Assembly: GCF_006345805.1 (NCBI RefSeq)
Contig: NC_043003.1
Location: 34,658,001 to 34,722,000, forward strand
DNA length: 64,000 bases
Reading direction: 5' to 3'
DNA from: Octopus sinensis
Lineage: Eukaryota
The notes beneath the pieces are model-generated. The model searched no databases, was not told where the DNA came from, and was given only the letters and a program-made list of their open reading frames with translations. Position 1 is the stretch's first letter; each line of letters starts with the position of its first letter. Shown here piece by piece: positions 28,051-43,300 of the stretch. Position numbers and translations under genes: made by a program.

Positions 28051-28134
28051 AACGTTCTGGCTCATATTTTCTTATTGTTCTCGATTTACACGTGTTCACG
28101 ATCAGCATTTACCACACTGTACCCTTCTCAGAGC

Positions 28135-28385
28135 TACAAAAAGAGTAATGTATTCCTCTTTCTTTACTACCCACAAGGGGCTAAACACAGAGAGGACAAA
28201 CAAGGACAGACAAACAGATTAAGTCGATTACATCTACCCCAGTGCGTAACAGGTACTTAATTTATCGACCCCGAAAGGATGAAAGGCAAAGTCGACCTCG
28301 GCGGAATTTGAACTCAGAACGTAACGGCAGACGAAATACGGCTACGCATTTCGCCCGGCGTGGTAACGTTTCTGCCAGCTCGTCG
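28135..28385 (-). mobile_element. SINE family A copy
   Basis: Clear reverse complement of 1277-1500 (ccccgaaaggatgaaaggcaaagtcgacctcggcggaatttgaactcagaacgt). Confidence 0.9.
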
Positions 28386-29400
28386 CCTAGAGTAATGTAT
28401 ACCGTACATTCCCTTGACAGAACACCTTACATTAATCGCAGCGTTCGTTACCAGTATCCATACCTGACCAATGCTTATTGTTCATCTAATACTTGCTATT
28501 TATATACCTATTAAAAAATTGCTTAATATTCGTCCGTCTAATCTTCACCCTTCTGGAATGAAATTAATTTCACTCTTTTACTTATAATAATTTCCTTCAT
28601 TAACTGCTCTAGTGTTACCCAGTTCTCACATTCCTTATTGCACGATCAGAAAAAACAAAAACATGAGCAATACCCCTTCCCGACACAAAGGGCATATTCT
28701 CATTTAACTAACTTTAATCCTACTAGTAATTTATTCATTTGCTTTCGTAAAAACTGTTTCAGAATTCTGCAGCAGCCATGATCTAATCTACACCATATCT
28801 ATTATAGCTATAGTGTAAACTGCATGAATCATTACGTTTTAAACATTCAATATCTCAAATAAACTCTCAAGACACATACGTTTGATGTTATTGTACTGAA
28901 GTATGAAATATAGAGTAAACATAAGCATTTCCTAAGAGCTTTTACAAACCGGGAGATGAATTATAATCTATAGCACTGAGTAGATGAGAAATAAATTTCC
29001 ACTTACATAGGCACTATCTATTGCAAACATCCATTCAAGATGATCTGATTAATAATTTGCGATAGCTTGTGCTTTATTTAAACTCAAGGCCGATCACTTG
29101 GTATAACAATGAAGCAGCCAATGATGCAGCGTTTACGTGGTCACGCGACCTACTGGAAATAGCAATCATTTCTTTCTCACCTAAAGTATTGCTATATTTA
29201 TATTTCAAGAAATAAAAAAAACAAAAAAACAATAAACAAAAACGGTCACACATTAGCTAGTGTAGTATAAGTTAATCTAAACCTGAAAAGAATTAGTGCT
29301 CACCACTACAGCACGCAAAATAATCACAATTACAACACCCGCATCATTCATTCTATACATACATGAATACATACACACATTCGCATATGCATATATATAT

Positions 29401-29600
29401 CAGGTCGCCATGATAGATCGTTAGCTACTACACGCATTTTTTTCTCTCCTTGTTTTTTTTCTGTGTATCTTTCTGTCGAAGAGCGTAGGCTCGAAACGTA
29501 AAAGACATTTTCTATTCCTGAGCGCTATACTAATACATTTGTTTGTTTGTACTCCACCTGCCTTCGTCTTTTGTTTATTTTTGTAAACTTTCCCTTTATA
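29401..29600 (+). mobile_element. ~200-bp Penelope-like terminal-repeat element, copy 2
   Basis: Near-identical to 22239-22455; flanked by (TA)n. Confidence 0.6.
29468..29505 (+). ncRNA. Minimal type I hammerhead ribozyme-like fold (variant core)
   Basis: Stem I TCTTT/AAAGA; core CTGTCGA+A; stem II GAGC-GTAG-GCTC; GAAA; palindromic stem III ACGT; predicted cut after GTA at 29500. Confidence 0.5.
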
Positions 29601-29678
29601 TATATCTCTTATTATAATATATATATATATATATATCAGTGTTTTTATGTTCAGTTATAATAAAAGTATTTTCGGACT

Positions 29679-29723
29679 GCTGTCCGAAGATGGCTTAGCT
29701 GGCCGAAACTTCGAAGTCACTGT
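29679..29723 (+). ncRNA. Second, unrelated decayed hammerhead-like motif
   Basis: CCGAAGA-T-GGC(ttagctg)GCC-GAAA, palindrome ACTTCGAAGT, GTC triplet, partial stem I GCTGT/ACTGT. Confidence 0.4.
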
Positions 29724-29752
29724 CAACAACATTCTTGCTTAAGAATTATATA

Positions 29753-30557
29753 TACGCTCTGATCAATAAGTATCCGGACTGTTGGCATAGGAACGAAGTT
29801 AAACATGTACAATAAGGCCGCTTAGCACCTTGAACTCTGCTGTGCATGCGCGCTTACTTTTAACGTTCTAGCTCACTTCCTCTGTTTACAGTAGTGCTTG
29901 GAAGGAACGTGTGTTACGTGTGATCGTCGCACTGAACACGACAGAGAAAGCTGCACAGATAATCTGCATCAAATTTTGATAAAAGCTTGGTGATACCTAC
30001 TCAGAGGCATACGCAAAGTTTTCAAAAAAAGTTTACATTGTTCTCGACACAATCAAGATCTTGTGCACCCAAAACCCAAGAGTCTTATTGGTGAGTTGAA
30101 AGCAGTTTTGGCACAAACTTGGTAGACACGTGTCTCACACTCTTAGTGACAATGGACTGAACTGAACCGTAACTAATCTGCATATCTTCTGACAACTCAC
30201 GGATGGTGATGCGACGGTTTCCCCTCACAGCTGCACGCACATGAATTTTTTTCAGTTCTGCTGGTTGTGACCATCTTGAAAACGTCTGAATCACGCCTAC
30301 ACTTGTGTGCAACTCATACACTCCTCTCCATACACTTTCTGCAACTTTGCGTAGGCCTCTGAGCAGGTATTGCCATGACAACTTTCTCTGTCGTGGTCAA
30401 TGCGACGATCATACGTTACATGCGTTCCTTTCAAGCAAGAATGTTCAAACTTAGTGCGCATGCACAATAGAGTTCAATCTGTGCTGAGTGGCTTTACCCT
30501 GCCTGCTTCAGCTTCGTTACTATGGCAATAGTCCGGATACTTATCAATCAGTTTTCG

Positions 30558-30560
<3 letters not shown>
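29753..30560. mobile_element. Inverted (fold-back) dimer of two mariner 5' ends
   Basis: TIR ..ataagtatccggact.. at both ends in inverted orientation. The 5' UTR and ORF start are also mirrored. Minus-strand ORF RRITIRELSEDMQISYGSVQSIV..RHVSTKFVPKLL is a mariner HTH/WVPxxL linker. Confidence 0.8.
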
Positions 30561-30602
<42 letters not shown>

Positions 30603-30844
30603 CCGTTACTCTTCCTTGGACTATGCAGTGAAAACTGAAACAAGCCAAGGAATATCATTAAATCATTAACTTAGTTGATGTAGAGTTTATTATAAAGAGT
30701 AATTATTAATTATATAGCGAGAGAATATTATTCAAGGATTATAATAAAAATTTAATTTCTCCTTTAATTACAGCAGATATGCACGTAAGTTCGCATATAG
30801 ATATGTTTTCCCTACACACACACACAGACGCGCATATACATAAT

Positions 30845-30866
30845 CGCACACAAAAACAAACCCCCA

Positions 30867-30903
<37 letters not shown>

Positions 30904-31030
30904 TATGCACATATACATATGCAGAAGCACGCAAATATTGGCATATGCTTCTCCAAACACATCATCGGAAATACATGCAAGATTATGTTTGTATTTGTGA
31001 CATGGTACGAAGCATTGTAAGTGTGTGTGT
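30845..31030 (+). repeat. Interspersed repeat with an inverted partner at 46120-46290
   Basis: Core atgcagaagcacgcaaatattggcatatgcttctccaaacacatc matches the reverse complement of the 46k copy at 39/45 positions. Confidence 0.75.
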
Positions 31031-32184
31031 ATATATGTATGTCAGAGGGAATGGTTATATATCTAAATATATACCCAAGTGAATTAACAGTAAGAGAAAC
31101 CTTGTTGTTTGAATTATCCGTAAAAAAAATGAGGAACGGATATTCGATACCACATTGCTTGTTTGCGAAAAGAAGAAAGAAAAAGAATGATTGAACAACT
31201 GGAAGTAGAGGAAAGAAGAGGGTAAGTGGGATATAGATGTATAGGAAAGTGTTTTAGTGCATCAAAAAGCCAAGTCAATAAAGGGAAACTACGATAGTGT
31301 GTGAGAGAGCGAAAGAGAAAGAGAGAGAGGGGGAAGCAGACAGAAGGACAAATAGAAAATGGAGAAGAAAACGATGAGATGCAATGAAGACATTTGGCCA
31401 GATGGTATGGGAGTTGAGAAAATGAGCAAGGCGGAAGGAACCCGATGGTGGGAAGATTCAGTAATGGTGGAATATAAAACTTCGACCAGATAAATAGTAC
31501 AATAAAATGAGAAACATCCGCTTGCATCCTAAACACAAACCAATACAGCTTCGTTGATTCATATGCTGCGACGTTTTAAAGTTATAGTCACCACTTAGCG
31601 CAAGCACTCAAACACAGTGTGCATTTAAATGGGCTGGACATGTTAATTTCCATTGATGTGAAGTGCAAACCGTAGCGAATTTGCTACAGCTAAAAAGCTA
31701 TGTACGTGGACAATGTCTCAACGAAAAATATCTCAATAGGGAATACGATAAACGATGAACAAAAGGTGGTTCATGTATGTGTGTGTGTGTGTGTGTACAG
31801 CTGGGAGAGCAGATGTATATGTTAACGTGTGTGAGAGTCTATGTGTGTGTCTGTGTGTGACTGTATTGCGCGCGTGTGTCTTTGTGTCTTGCGTGCGCAT
31901 GAGTGTCCATGTTTGTCTTTCTGCAGAGTTTATACGTAAAAATCAGTCAAACATTAATTGAAGGATCATTCAACATATTTGAGTACCCAAGTCACTATCA
32001 ACCCTTCCCCAATACACACACACGGACACACACAAACACACACATATAGTTTATGTATATGTGTATATATATATATTTACATACTTTTATATGTATATAC
32101 ATAAATATATATATATATACATACATACGTTTATATGTATATATACATAAATATATATATATATATACACACGCACACGCATAT

Positions 32185-32237
<53 letters not shown>

Positions 32238-32949
32238 TATATATATGCATACTTATATTTACGTCTATGTATCAATGCATGCTTATAGAAGTGATTGCGT
32301 GCGCACGCGCGTGTATGTGTGTACCGCACACATAAACACACACACATATACACACGCCCACACATACACACGCCCACGCATACGCACACGCACACACATT
32401 AATTTGCATAGATCGACGGTGGAAATAGAACAAATATATTGCAATTTCAAAATTACTTGTAAATTTCAGTAACCAAGTAGATTATATAAGGTTAATATTA
32501 CCATGAATCTCGAAATAAAAGTTCCAGTCTGAAACTATGTGACGACCAGATAAGAAATCAATTGAAACGAGATGTCAATACAAATATCAAATATATTCCA
32601 TTTCTACAAAGTGTTTAAATGTTATAAAAATTATAAACTTTTTTTTATTCAGTTTGTTTGCATACCATAGAAAGCATATTACACTGCCTTATCCAAATTG
32701 TTTCTATTTAATCACGTTATGAAGTATGGATGTCTATATGTCTATATGCTTCGCGTCTTAAAATCTATATTCATAATTATATCAGCTCATATGTAAATGC
32801 TTATTTTTTGTAAATACTTGCAATTATAATTTACTTTTCCGTTCAGGTAGGATCAACAAATATAAAAGTACCTCCTTCAGTGAGAGATAGATTTCATTTA
32901 ACGTACACAGTATAAAGATAAGAGCCATTAATAATTTCTTGCTATTGTG

Positions 32950-33455
32950 ACATGCGGTTAGGAAGATTTTTAAAACGTGCCTTGTCTCTCCAAACTATCT
33001 TCTGGTTCTGGGCACATGGTTTGTTCTATTTGAAAGAGAAGACGCTAGTACACGAAATACTACGAGGGAAAACGAGAAGGATGATGCAAAAAGTGGAATG
33101 AGAAAGCAAATGGTTGACTATAAGCGAAAAAAAGAATGAAAAAAAAACAAGAACTAAATTAGTTACATCCACTTTGACTGTAAAAATCATTAATAAACTA
33201 GCTAGTTTGAATTATGATTTCTATGATGAAGCGGAACAATACCCTAATTTCATTATTTTTCCGTTTCTGACCAGCCATTGTCTTCACAGCCCATTTTTTT
33301 GCATCATCATGCTTCTCATTTTATCCCGTGGTTTCTTATGTACCAGCATTCTGTTTTTTTTTTTAAACAGAACAACTCATGTGTTCAGAACCCAAAGATT
33401 GTTTGGAGATACAAGGCCCGTTATAAAACTCTGGCTAACCACGTGCCCCAATGGA
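32950..33455. mobile_element. MITE-like element with ~150-bp diverged terminal inverted repeats
   Basis: ttttaaaacgtgccttgtctctccaaac...gatgatgcaaaaagtgg versus the reverse complement of 33285-33455 (ttttataacgggccttgtatctccaaac...gatgatgcaaaaaaatgg). Confidence 0.7.
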
Positions 33456-33511
33456 AAGAAACAATTAGTTACTTGTGTTTTAATACAGTGTATAGTAAAT
33501 GCATATATAAT

Positions 33512-33778
33512 TGACTGGCACCCCGTCGCTTACGACGACAAAGTTCCAATTGATCCGATCAACGGAACAGCCTACTGAGCACTCCACAAACGTAATTCTC
33601 AGGAAGATTCCGCGTGACACTGAGTGTGACATTGCTGGCCATTTGCATTACAAGTACTACTCATTTTTGTCAGCTGTGTGAACTGCAGCAACGTGAAATA
33701 AAGTGTCTTGCTCAAGGACACAACGCGCCGCCGGGAATCGAACACGTGACGAATACCCTAACCTCTAAGTCATGCGCC
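33512..33778 (-). mobile_element. SINE family C copy (internally deleted)
   Basis: Shares gttccaattgatccgatcaacggaacagcc and gtgacactgagtgtgaca with 21900-22211. Confidence 0.8.
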
Positions 33779-34029
33779 TTCAAACTTCCATATAAACTTG
33801 CAGAAAATGCATTGTAAAAATTTTCTTTTTTGCACTGCGGAAAGATTTAGAAATTTTAATTATTCTACAATCTATAGATATTGGCTTTATTTCTTTCAAG
33901 AATTCCGTCTTAACTTCATTTCGATAAATATAAAACGTTCATAAATTATATATGTTTACAACGACTAAGATATTTCATTTTATGTTGCACTAAAATATTT
34001 CTTATGTACTTCTTGTTTCTTTCGAGATG

Positions 34030-34620
34030 GATGAGTGCTTCACCAAGTGGAAAGCTGTCATTGGTCCGTTGTATTGGATGAAGCTGAAGCTGTAGCAGAG
34101 CAAAAATGGCAAGAAACTGCCAATAAGACAAAGTATGGTTGTAAGACATTAATATGGACAGATGAATCTTACTTTGATGATGGTTTATTATAAAGAGGAG
34201 TGGAAAGGTCCTAAAAGTAACAGCCTTGATTATATATAGAAAAAAAAATGTAAAATACAAAAAAGAAATACAACAAAGATCTAAACATGTTATATCTTGA
34301 TATAATATCTGACCCTCAACTAATTAACCTTGGCACTACACTTTTCGAACCTGCCAAGAAGGCACTCATGTCTACAACGAATATCCATGACAGGCTGTCA
34401 TTATGCCAAAAGTACAACTACTGGACATGTTAACAATGATGGTGTGGTTAAGATTACATTTCTATGAAACCACGCAATTTACGACTTCGTCCAAGTGTCA
34501 AAATTACAATCGAAGATAAAAAGAAAATTGCAAAAATCCCTATTGTGTACATGACTTCAGAAAATCAGGGAGCTTCATGTGGGGATGCCTAAAGACGCCA
34601 TAATAACTGCCAAACAGTAA
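34030..34620 (+). mobile_element. Highly decayed Tc1-like transposase fragments
   Basis: KTLIWTDESYF (first catalytic D motif); AKKALMSTTNIHDRLSLCQKYNYWT (KPxL..RL..A..W-like); FMWGC (MVWGC-like). Confidence 0.5.
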
Positions 34621-35501
34621 AGCTCCGTCATTCATAATAGTATGGGGTCATGTATAAGCATTTTTGTTATAACGACTTACAAATTTAAGGTCTGGATATA
34701 ATCTTGTAATCATTAATAAACAATTAAAACCACACGATTTTTGTTCTAGACCAAATCCAGAAGTGAATGAATTTGGAAAATATTTGCGATAAATTATAAC
34801 CAGCAATTTTTCAAAGGGGTGAATTATTTAATGACTCTTGAGAGATGAACAGGGACGTTGACAGGATTTGATCTCAAGACGTAAAGAGACGATACTAAAT
34901 ACCACAAGGCATTTTATCCGATGCTCTCACAATTCTACCAATTCATCACCTTCATTGCAAGTGAAACTATTTTGGAAGAATTGATAGCTTAATGGCATTC
35001 AACTTTTGTAAGGGTGTATAAATGTATGCGCAAAATCTACGTCCGAATTCATAGTTGCTGTACAATATGTTTTCAAAAACATCTAATTTTGTTTAATTTT
35101 GTGTATAGTGTATTTGTCAATCCGTTTGACTATCACAGAACAATGAAAACGTGTGCTTTTCATTTATAATTATTAATTATAAACTTCTATAGATCTTCCA
35201 CTTTGTAGCTTAAACATCGTATCTAAATAAATATATTTGATGTTTATGAATCTTCGTCCACTTTTTAAATACAAAATTACAGGCGAGTGTGATAGTGGAG
35301 GGAATCGACCCGGTACGTAATCAGTGCTTATTCTATAGATCCAGGAAGGGTAAAAAGTAACGTCTACCAAGCTAAATTGCATCACAATCTCTACTATTTT
35401 TCCTATAACAAAAAACAAAAACAAACAATACAAAAGTTATGTAGAAACAACATGCAGATAAACAAAACACTAAAGGATATTTTGAGTTTAAAGGTACTTA
35501 C

Positions 35502-35645
35502 AGCACGATAGGTACGTTTCTGTCCCGCATGCTTCCCACCGCGTCCGTCCATTTCAACATGGACTCCATGAATAATATCAAAGAAATCCTCCACCATAGC
35601 CACCCGCTTATAACCTTTATCAATTTCACTGCAATTTGGATCATT
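35502..35645 (-). CDS. NOL4: Internal coding exon of a nucleolar protein 4 / NOL4-like gene (NDPNCSEIDKGYKRVAMVEDFFDIIHGVHVEMDGRGGKHAGQKRTYRA)
   Basis: Translation matches the NOL4/NOL4L motif RVAxVEDFFDIIxxxHVE...KHAGQKRTYxA as recalled from vertebrate NOL4. Strong acceptor (ttttattttactttcttccag|AAT, AG at 35647-35646) and donor (GCT|GTAAGT, starting 35501). 144 nt, phase 0-0; the donor falls just before the expected 'ISExYAFLPREAVTRFL' segment. Confidence 0.92.
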
Positions 35646-35899
35646 CTGGAAGAAAGTAAAATAAAAGGAATGTAGCAACAATAACAACAACAACAGCAAC
35701 AACAATAATAAAGATAATAATAATAATAATAATGATAATAATAAAAATGATAATAATAATGCCTTACAAAGGAATAAGGTTACCCACTTTGAAAGAAGAG
35801 AAGAGTGTGATCGATTTCATATATTGGACAAGTTCTTTTTTTTTAAAGATGAATGAATCAAAGTTTTAATCCTTATTTTTGTAAAGTCACGGGCCTACA

Positions 35900-36300
35900 G
35901 ACATCTGCGTCCCTTACAAGCAGTCCTTCAATGCTTACTTTCAATTATACTTCTGTGAATGCTCCTATTTTCCCACCAGTTGCAAAATATCTTTTTAACA
36001 ATAGAGTTCGGCATGTATCCTATCCAGTTTTGTCTTTTGCTAATACCACAACACGAATCGTTCACGATTCTATCTACTAAACAGGTTTTGGTGGAGGGAA
36101 TCTGCACCACTAAGTGAGAGTCACTATGGACTCTCGAGCCAGGCGTCGATATCCATCGTCTCTATTCCGTTGTTTCTGGCGAACAACTCAGCAAAGTGCA
36201 GTTGAAAACTGCACAAAACAGAATGGAATTGGAGAGTACGATCCTGCTTGCAGGCTTAGTGGATATGTATGTCAGAGGCCTAGCTTGGATTTGTTGCCAA
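35900..36300 (-). pseudogene. Possible decayed RTE LINE fragment
   Basis: ISKRQNWIGYMPNSIVKKIF resembles the RTE 'KRxLxWxGHxxR..xxKxI' region. Weak. Confidence 0.3.
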
Positions 36301-37054
36301 GCTGTGCCATGTACATCCATGGAACGTTTTCTTTCCCTCGCATTTCCACAATTGTTACTTTAGAATTTATAAGAAAAGGATAACAACAAATATAGGAACA
36401 AAATATCAGAACTTAAATTTAAAATATATAAAATAGCTCTGTCAGGCACACTGCTTATATATTATGTACAATACTTACAATACAATAGGAAAAACACAAT
36501 AAACAAAAGACCTCACTAGGCCCAAGGCACACAGAGCTGCACAGTTGCGTAATGGAAGCACGCAATGAAATAATATCACAGATGAAGATGGTGATGAGGA
36601 GGGATGATGATAAAGTTATGAAGGAGGCAATGACAAAGAAAAACAGCACTTTCCAAGAATAGTAATTCTAACAATAACAATGGTTTGCCTTGAACGCACA
36701 TACGCAAACCATATATATATATATTATATATACACATACACACAGACATGTGTATGTGCATGTGTGTGAAATATTTCCACATATTTAATCCCAGGATGTG
36801 TATAGATACCATGTCTTAGCATTTTGTTTCGAAAATGAAGAACAAAGAAAAAATATAAAGAGATCTAAAAAAGACACACACTGCTTAATCGTCACAAATC
36901 CTGCTAAATATGAATAGATTTGCTGATTTTGACACGTGTATAAAATAAACACCGCGGTTGATTGAAGAACTTTATACAACTGCTAAAATATGCTTGCGTG
37001 TCTACAATATGTGTGTCTTAGGGATACGTCTGTATATATATAAATATATATATA

Positions 37055-39690
<2,636 letters not shown>

Positions 39691-39723
39691 GCAGACAGAC
39701 AGACATATATATATGTGTGTGTC

Positions 39724-39762
<39 letters not shown>

Positions 39763-40329
39763 GTACAGACACATATACGTAAGCCGTGATGTGTATAACA
39801 TTTATAATACTTGTATATATACTGTGTTTCAACATGACTTGGTCTTCTCAGTGACGAACACCATCGAAAGTTTTGAGCTACACCGGAATGTTCGTTCCGA
39901 AATAGAAACCAGCAAACAAAGTATTCACAAATGTGCACGAGGTTGACACATTAGAAGATAGATATTTACAGTGGTGACTCTATATACACAAAGTAACATA
40001 ATCAATGCATCGTGAAATATTTGATGAAATTAGATTTTGGTCATACACATAGAATTTCTTTAATATTTTAGAACCACATACATGTTCTTTACGCTAGACT
40101 TCATATAACTGAGTCTGAAATATCCGAAAGAGAGGATGTACGTTTGACTCGGAAAAGGAATGTAATTGTCTGAAAGAGGGATTTAGTGTTAAAGAGGAAT
40201 ATTTTTGAAAATTTATTAAGATAAATTAGGGCATTTCTCAGTAAAGAAGAACACAGAACTCTTCATTTGCCACTTTCTGTTATATCAAGGAAAGGAAAGA
40301 AGAAAAATATATCGAAAAAAGAATGCGAG

Positions 40330-40387
<58 letters not shown>

Positions 40388-43300
40388 ATATCGTGATAGA
40401 AAGAAAAGGTATAACATGTATAACATTTGAAGTTATTTGCTTTGGTTAAATTGAAACATTAGTTATTTAGATTTGAATCATCCATGCAATATAACTGCCA
40501 CCATTTGAGAATTCAGTCTGTTAGTATTTGAAGTGACTATCGTGAGAAAATCGGAGAAATATATTAAAGTGTAATGTACTTTATTATTTAAAATATTACG
40601 ACTCTGTATTTATAATGATGTCAATATGTGACATTTATACATTCTTGTCTACTCTTTGAGAATAAAGAAAGTGAGATTAGATAAAGGATTTTGCGATTGG
40701 ATCTCTGGTTGCCTTCGTTTGTTCTACGTCTTGTGCTACATAGAATTTCAATATATTAAACAGTTTTTACTGAATTAGATGATCTGAAGATTCTTTTGAT
40801 GCCTTTTACTAAATTATTCTATAATTCATATCGCATGACACAGTTACAAAATATCAATATATTATATAATAAAATCTATTTAGTAAGATTATCATATTAG
40901 AACATTGATATTTAATTCCATCATTACTGAGAACAATTTCATCAATCTCTCACGTACCAATATATAATCAGTAATGCAATATATTAATCTAATATACATA
41001 ATTAGCAAATATAAATATTTTGGCTTCACCAGGAAATGAAGCAGTACCACGTTTCCTTCAATGTGATTGAATGCTTTATCCTATATCTTCCAGTTACATT
41101 AACTGTTGGAATTATCTTACTAAAATGAAGTCGCCATACTATCCTGCAGCTTTAAAAAATCCGTAGGGATTCATGAAAACCCCTGATAAATATGCTGAAC
41201 ATGGCCTTATTCTATCACATGCTTATCCGGCAAGAACTCCACTGACCAAAATTAAATTTTATATGCTTACAAGAACTAACCTGCTTCCTCTCTTCATGAA
41301 CTGCCTACCCCTGTATTTATGGATGTAAGCCATTCCATGTTGTTGCTTTTACTGTGTTTATGACATTACAGTTCATGTTAATAAATAATGACTGAACGCA
41401 TATTTCTTCATATGACATTTATGTTTTGACAACAGTTGTATTTCTTTTACCAAAGCAATTCGGTCACCTGCAACATTTTACCACTGATTATTAAGTTATG
41501 AACTACAGTACTTCTAGTGAACGTTTTGTAGTTCATATTTATTTCGTAGGAATGACGGAAAAATTGATCAAATTCATGAAAAATACTCGTCATGTTTTTA
41601 TTTTTTAATTTACAACTTCCCTACTGTGCTATAATAAACAATATTTTTTTTAATATTATAGAATTTTCAAAAATATCAAACATGATCGTTTATGCCACCC
41701 GGCCTATGATATGTAATCACTAAATCTCCTATGATGCAAGCTTTAAAATGGAAAAAAAAGCTACAATAATTAGATCTTGTCTAGCAAAACCACCGACGGT
41801 GGTTTAATATTTTGGAGTTTTTCAATATTACTCATACTAATTTTATTTATTGTGACTGAAGGATTGTATAGCAGCCCCTACTGAATTTCAGTCCTTTCAC
41901 CAATAAAAGGTCTTGGTGGTAAGTTGAGCAACACAAACCCACTGTGGAGCTTCTGAATGCTCTCTACACATGCCAAATATTACGTAAAAATATTACTCAA
42001 ATCACGCCCATCCGTGTTAAATAAGGATAGATATATAGTGTATTGTGCATTCTTAGATGTCTTCAAATGAGAGGATAGTTGCGGTTAATAAGCAGTTGAT
42101 AAATTTAGAATTGATCTGGGGCTAAAATACTAAAACAACACGACCTACATTATTTGGAGACAGATACATAATTCAAATTAGTACTTAAAAAAGCCAGAAT
42201 AACGATAGTTTAATACAACTTGAATAGCGTTTCAGTACAAAAGTTTATCTTTTGTTGATTCAAATCAAGTGCTCACTTTCGATTGCTCAGTTTAAAACAA
42301 TTCCTTTATTTCACTTCTTTGATATTTTAACAAATGCATTGAAAAAGAATGGTTAGTGTTCACTGTCTTTGGGAAAGCTACAACAGGAATTGAGATTATT
42401 CTTCCTTGACGTTATCCGAAAGTCGTATCAATCTCATACAATATGACACACCGATCCACCAAATATAGAAAGGATTTACTTAGAATATTTAAAGATTTTT
42501 ATTTAAACATATGTACACATACTAAGTTAACGTTGGCCAGTCTTCTGGACAATAACACAAGGCTTAACCACAAGCAAAGTCTACCGTACATAATGACAAA
42601 TATAGACACCATACAGGTACGTACAGAAAAATTCTAACCATCCCTCAGATGTAATTACAATCCTCAACACCGGAATAAATAAGCGAATCGCTTTTCTATT
42701 TCCAGATAAAGAAATCTTTAATAGAGACGGCTCATACTATTACGACGCGCTAGAAGGAAGTAGCTCTATCGAGACTAGTATACATGAAGCTTCTACACAG
42801 ACACACGCACAAACGCACGCTCGCGCACACACACGCGCACATACACATAAACACACACACACACACACAAACCAAAAAAGAATTTGGAAGAGGAAGATAA
42901 TCTAATATAATCCATATTTCAATTTGGATATTACCACTGACAGAGCCAGAAAATTTCTAGCTTTAGGCTGACAACGATTGTTAACAGCCGTTTCGTTAAA
43001 TTTAGCGAATCCTTCGGGAACAAAATGGTTTCGCAAAGCACGCATTGCAACTGAAAACACGCAAGCAACCGCAGTATCGAATAAACATTTTGTATTTGTT
43101 AAAATAAAGGATCCTGTGTTGAGTTTTGGAAGCAATGATATAACAAGTACTTACAACAAGCTGGAGTTACTCAAAAGATTTTCTCACAGAACTAACCATT
43201 TTTTGAAAGCTCAATATTATAGTTAGCTATAGCAATTCAAATCAAGGGACAGCGAAAATCTATCATACTTGTCCCAAATTGCCATGAAACAGAGTCCTGG

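Noticed and set aside
41000-41350. piggyBac-like transposase remnant on the minus strand (YRGRQFMKRG)
   Set aside because: Single weak motif, no TTAA-bounded TIRs identified.
43147-43170. Other tiny AG..GTAAGT pairs (6 nt near 43155 minus, 4 nt near 52990 minus, 13 nt near 25640 plus)
   Set aside because: Weak pyrimidine tracts, wrong strand or non-triplet length. They illustrate the chance background for microexon calls.
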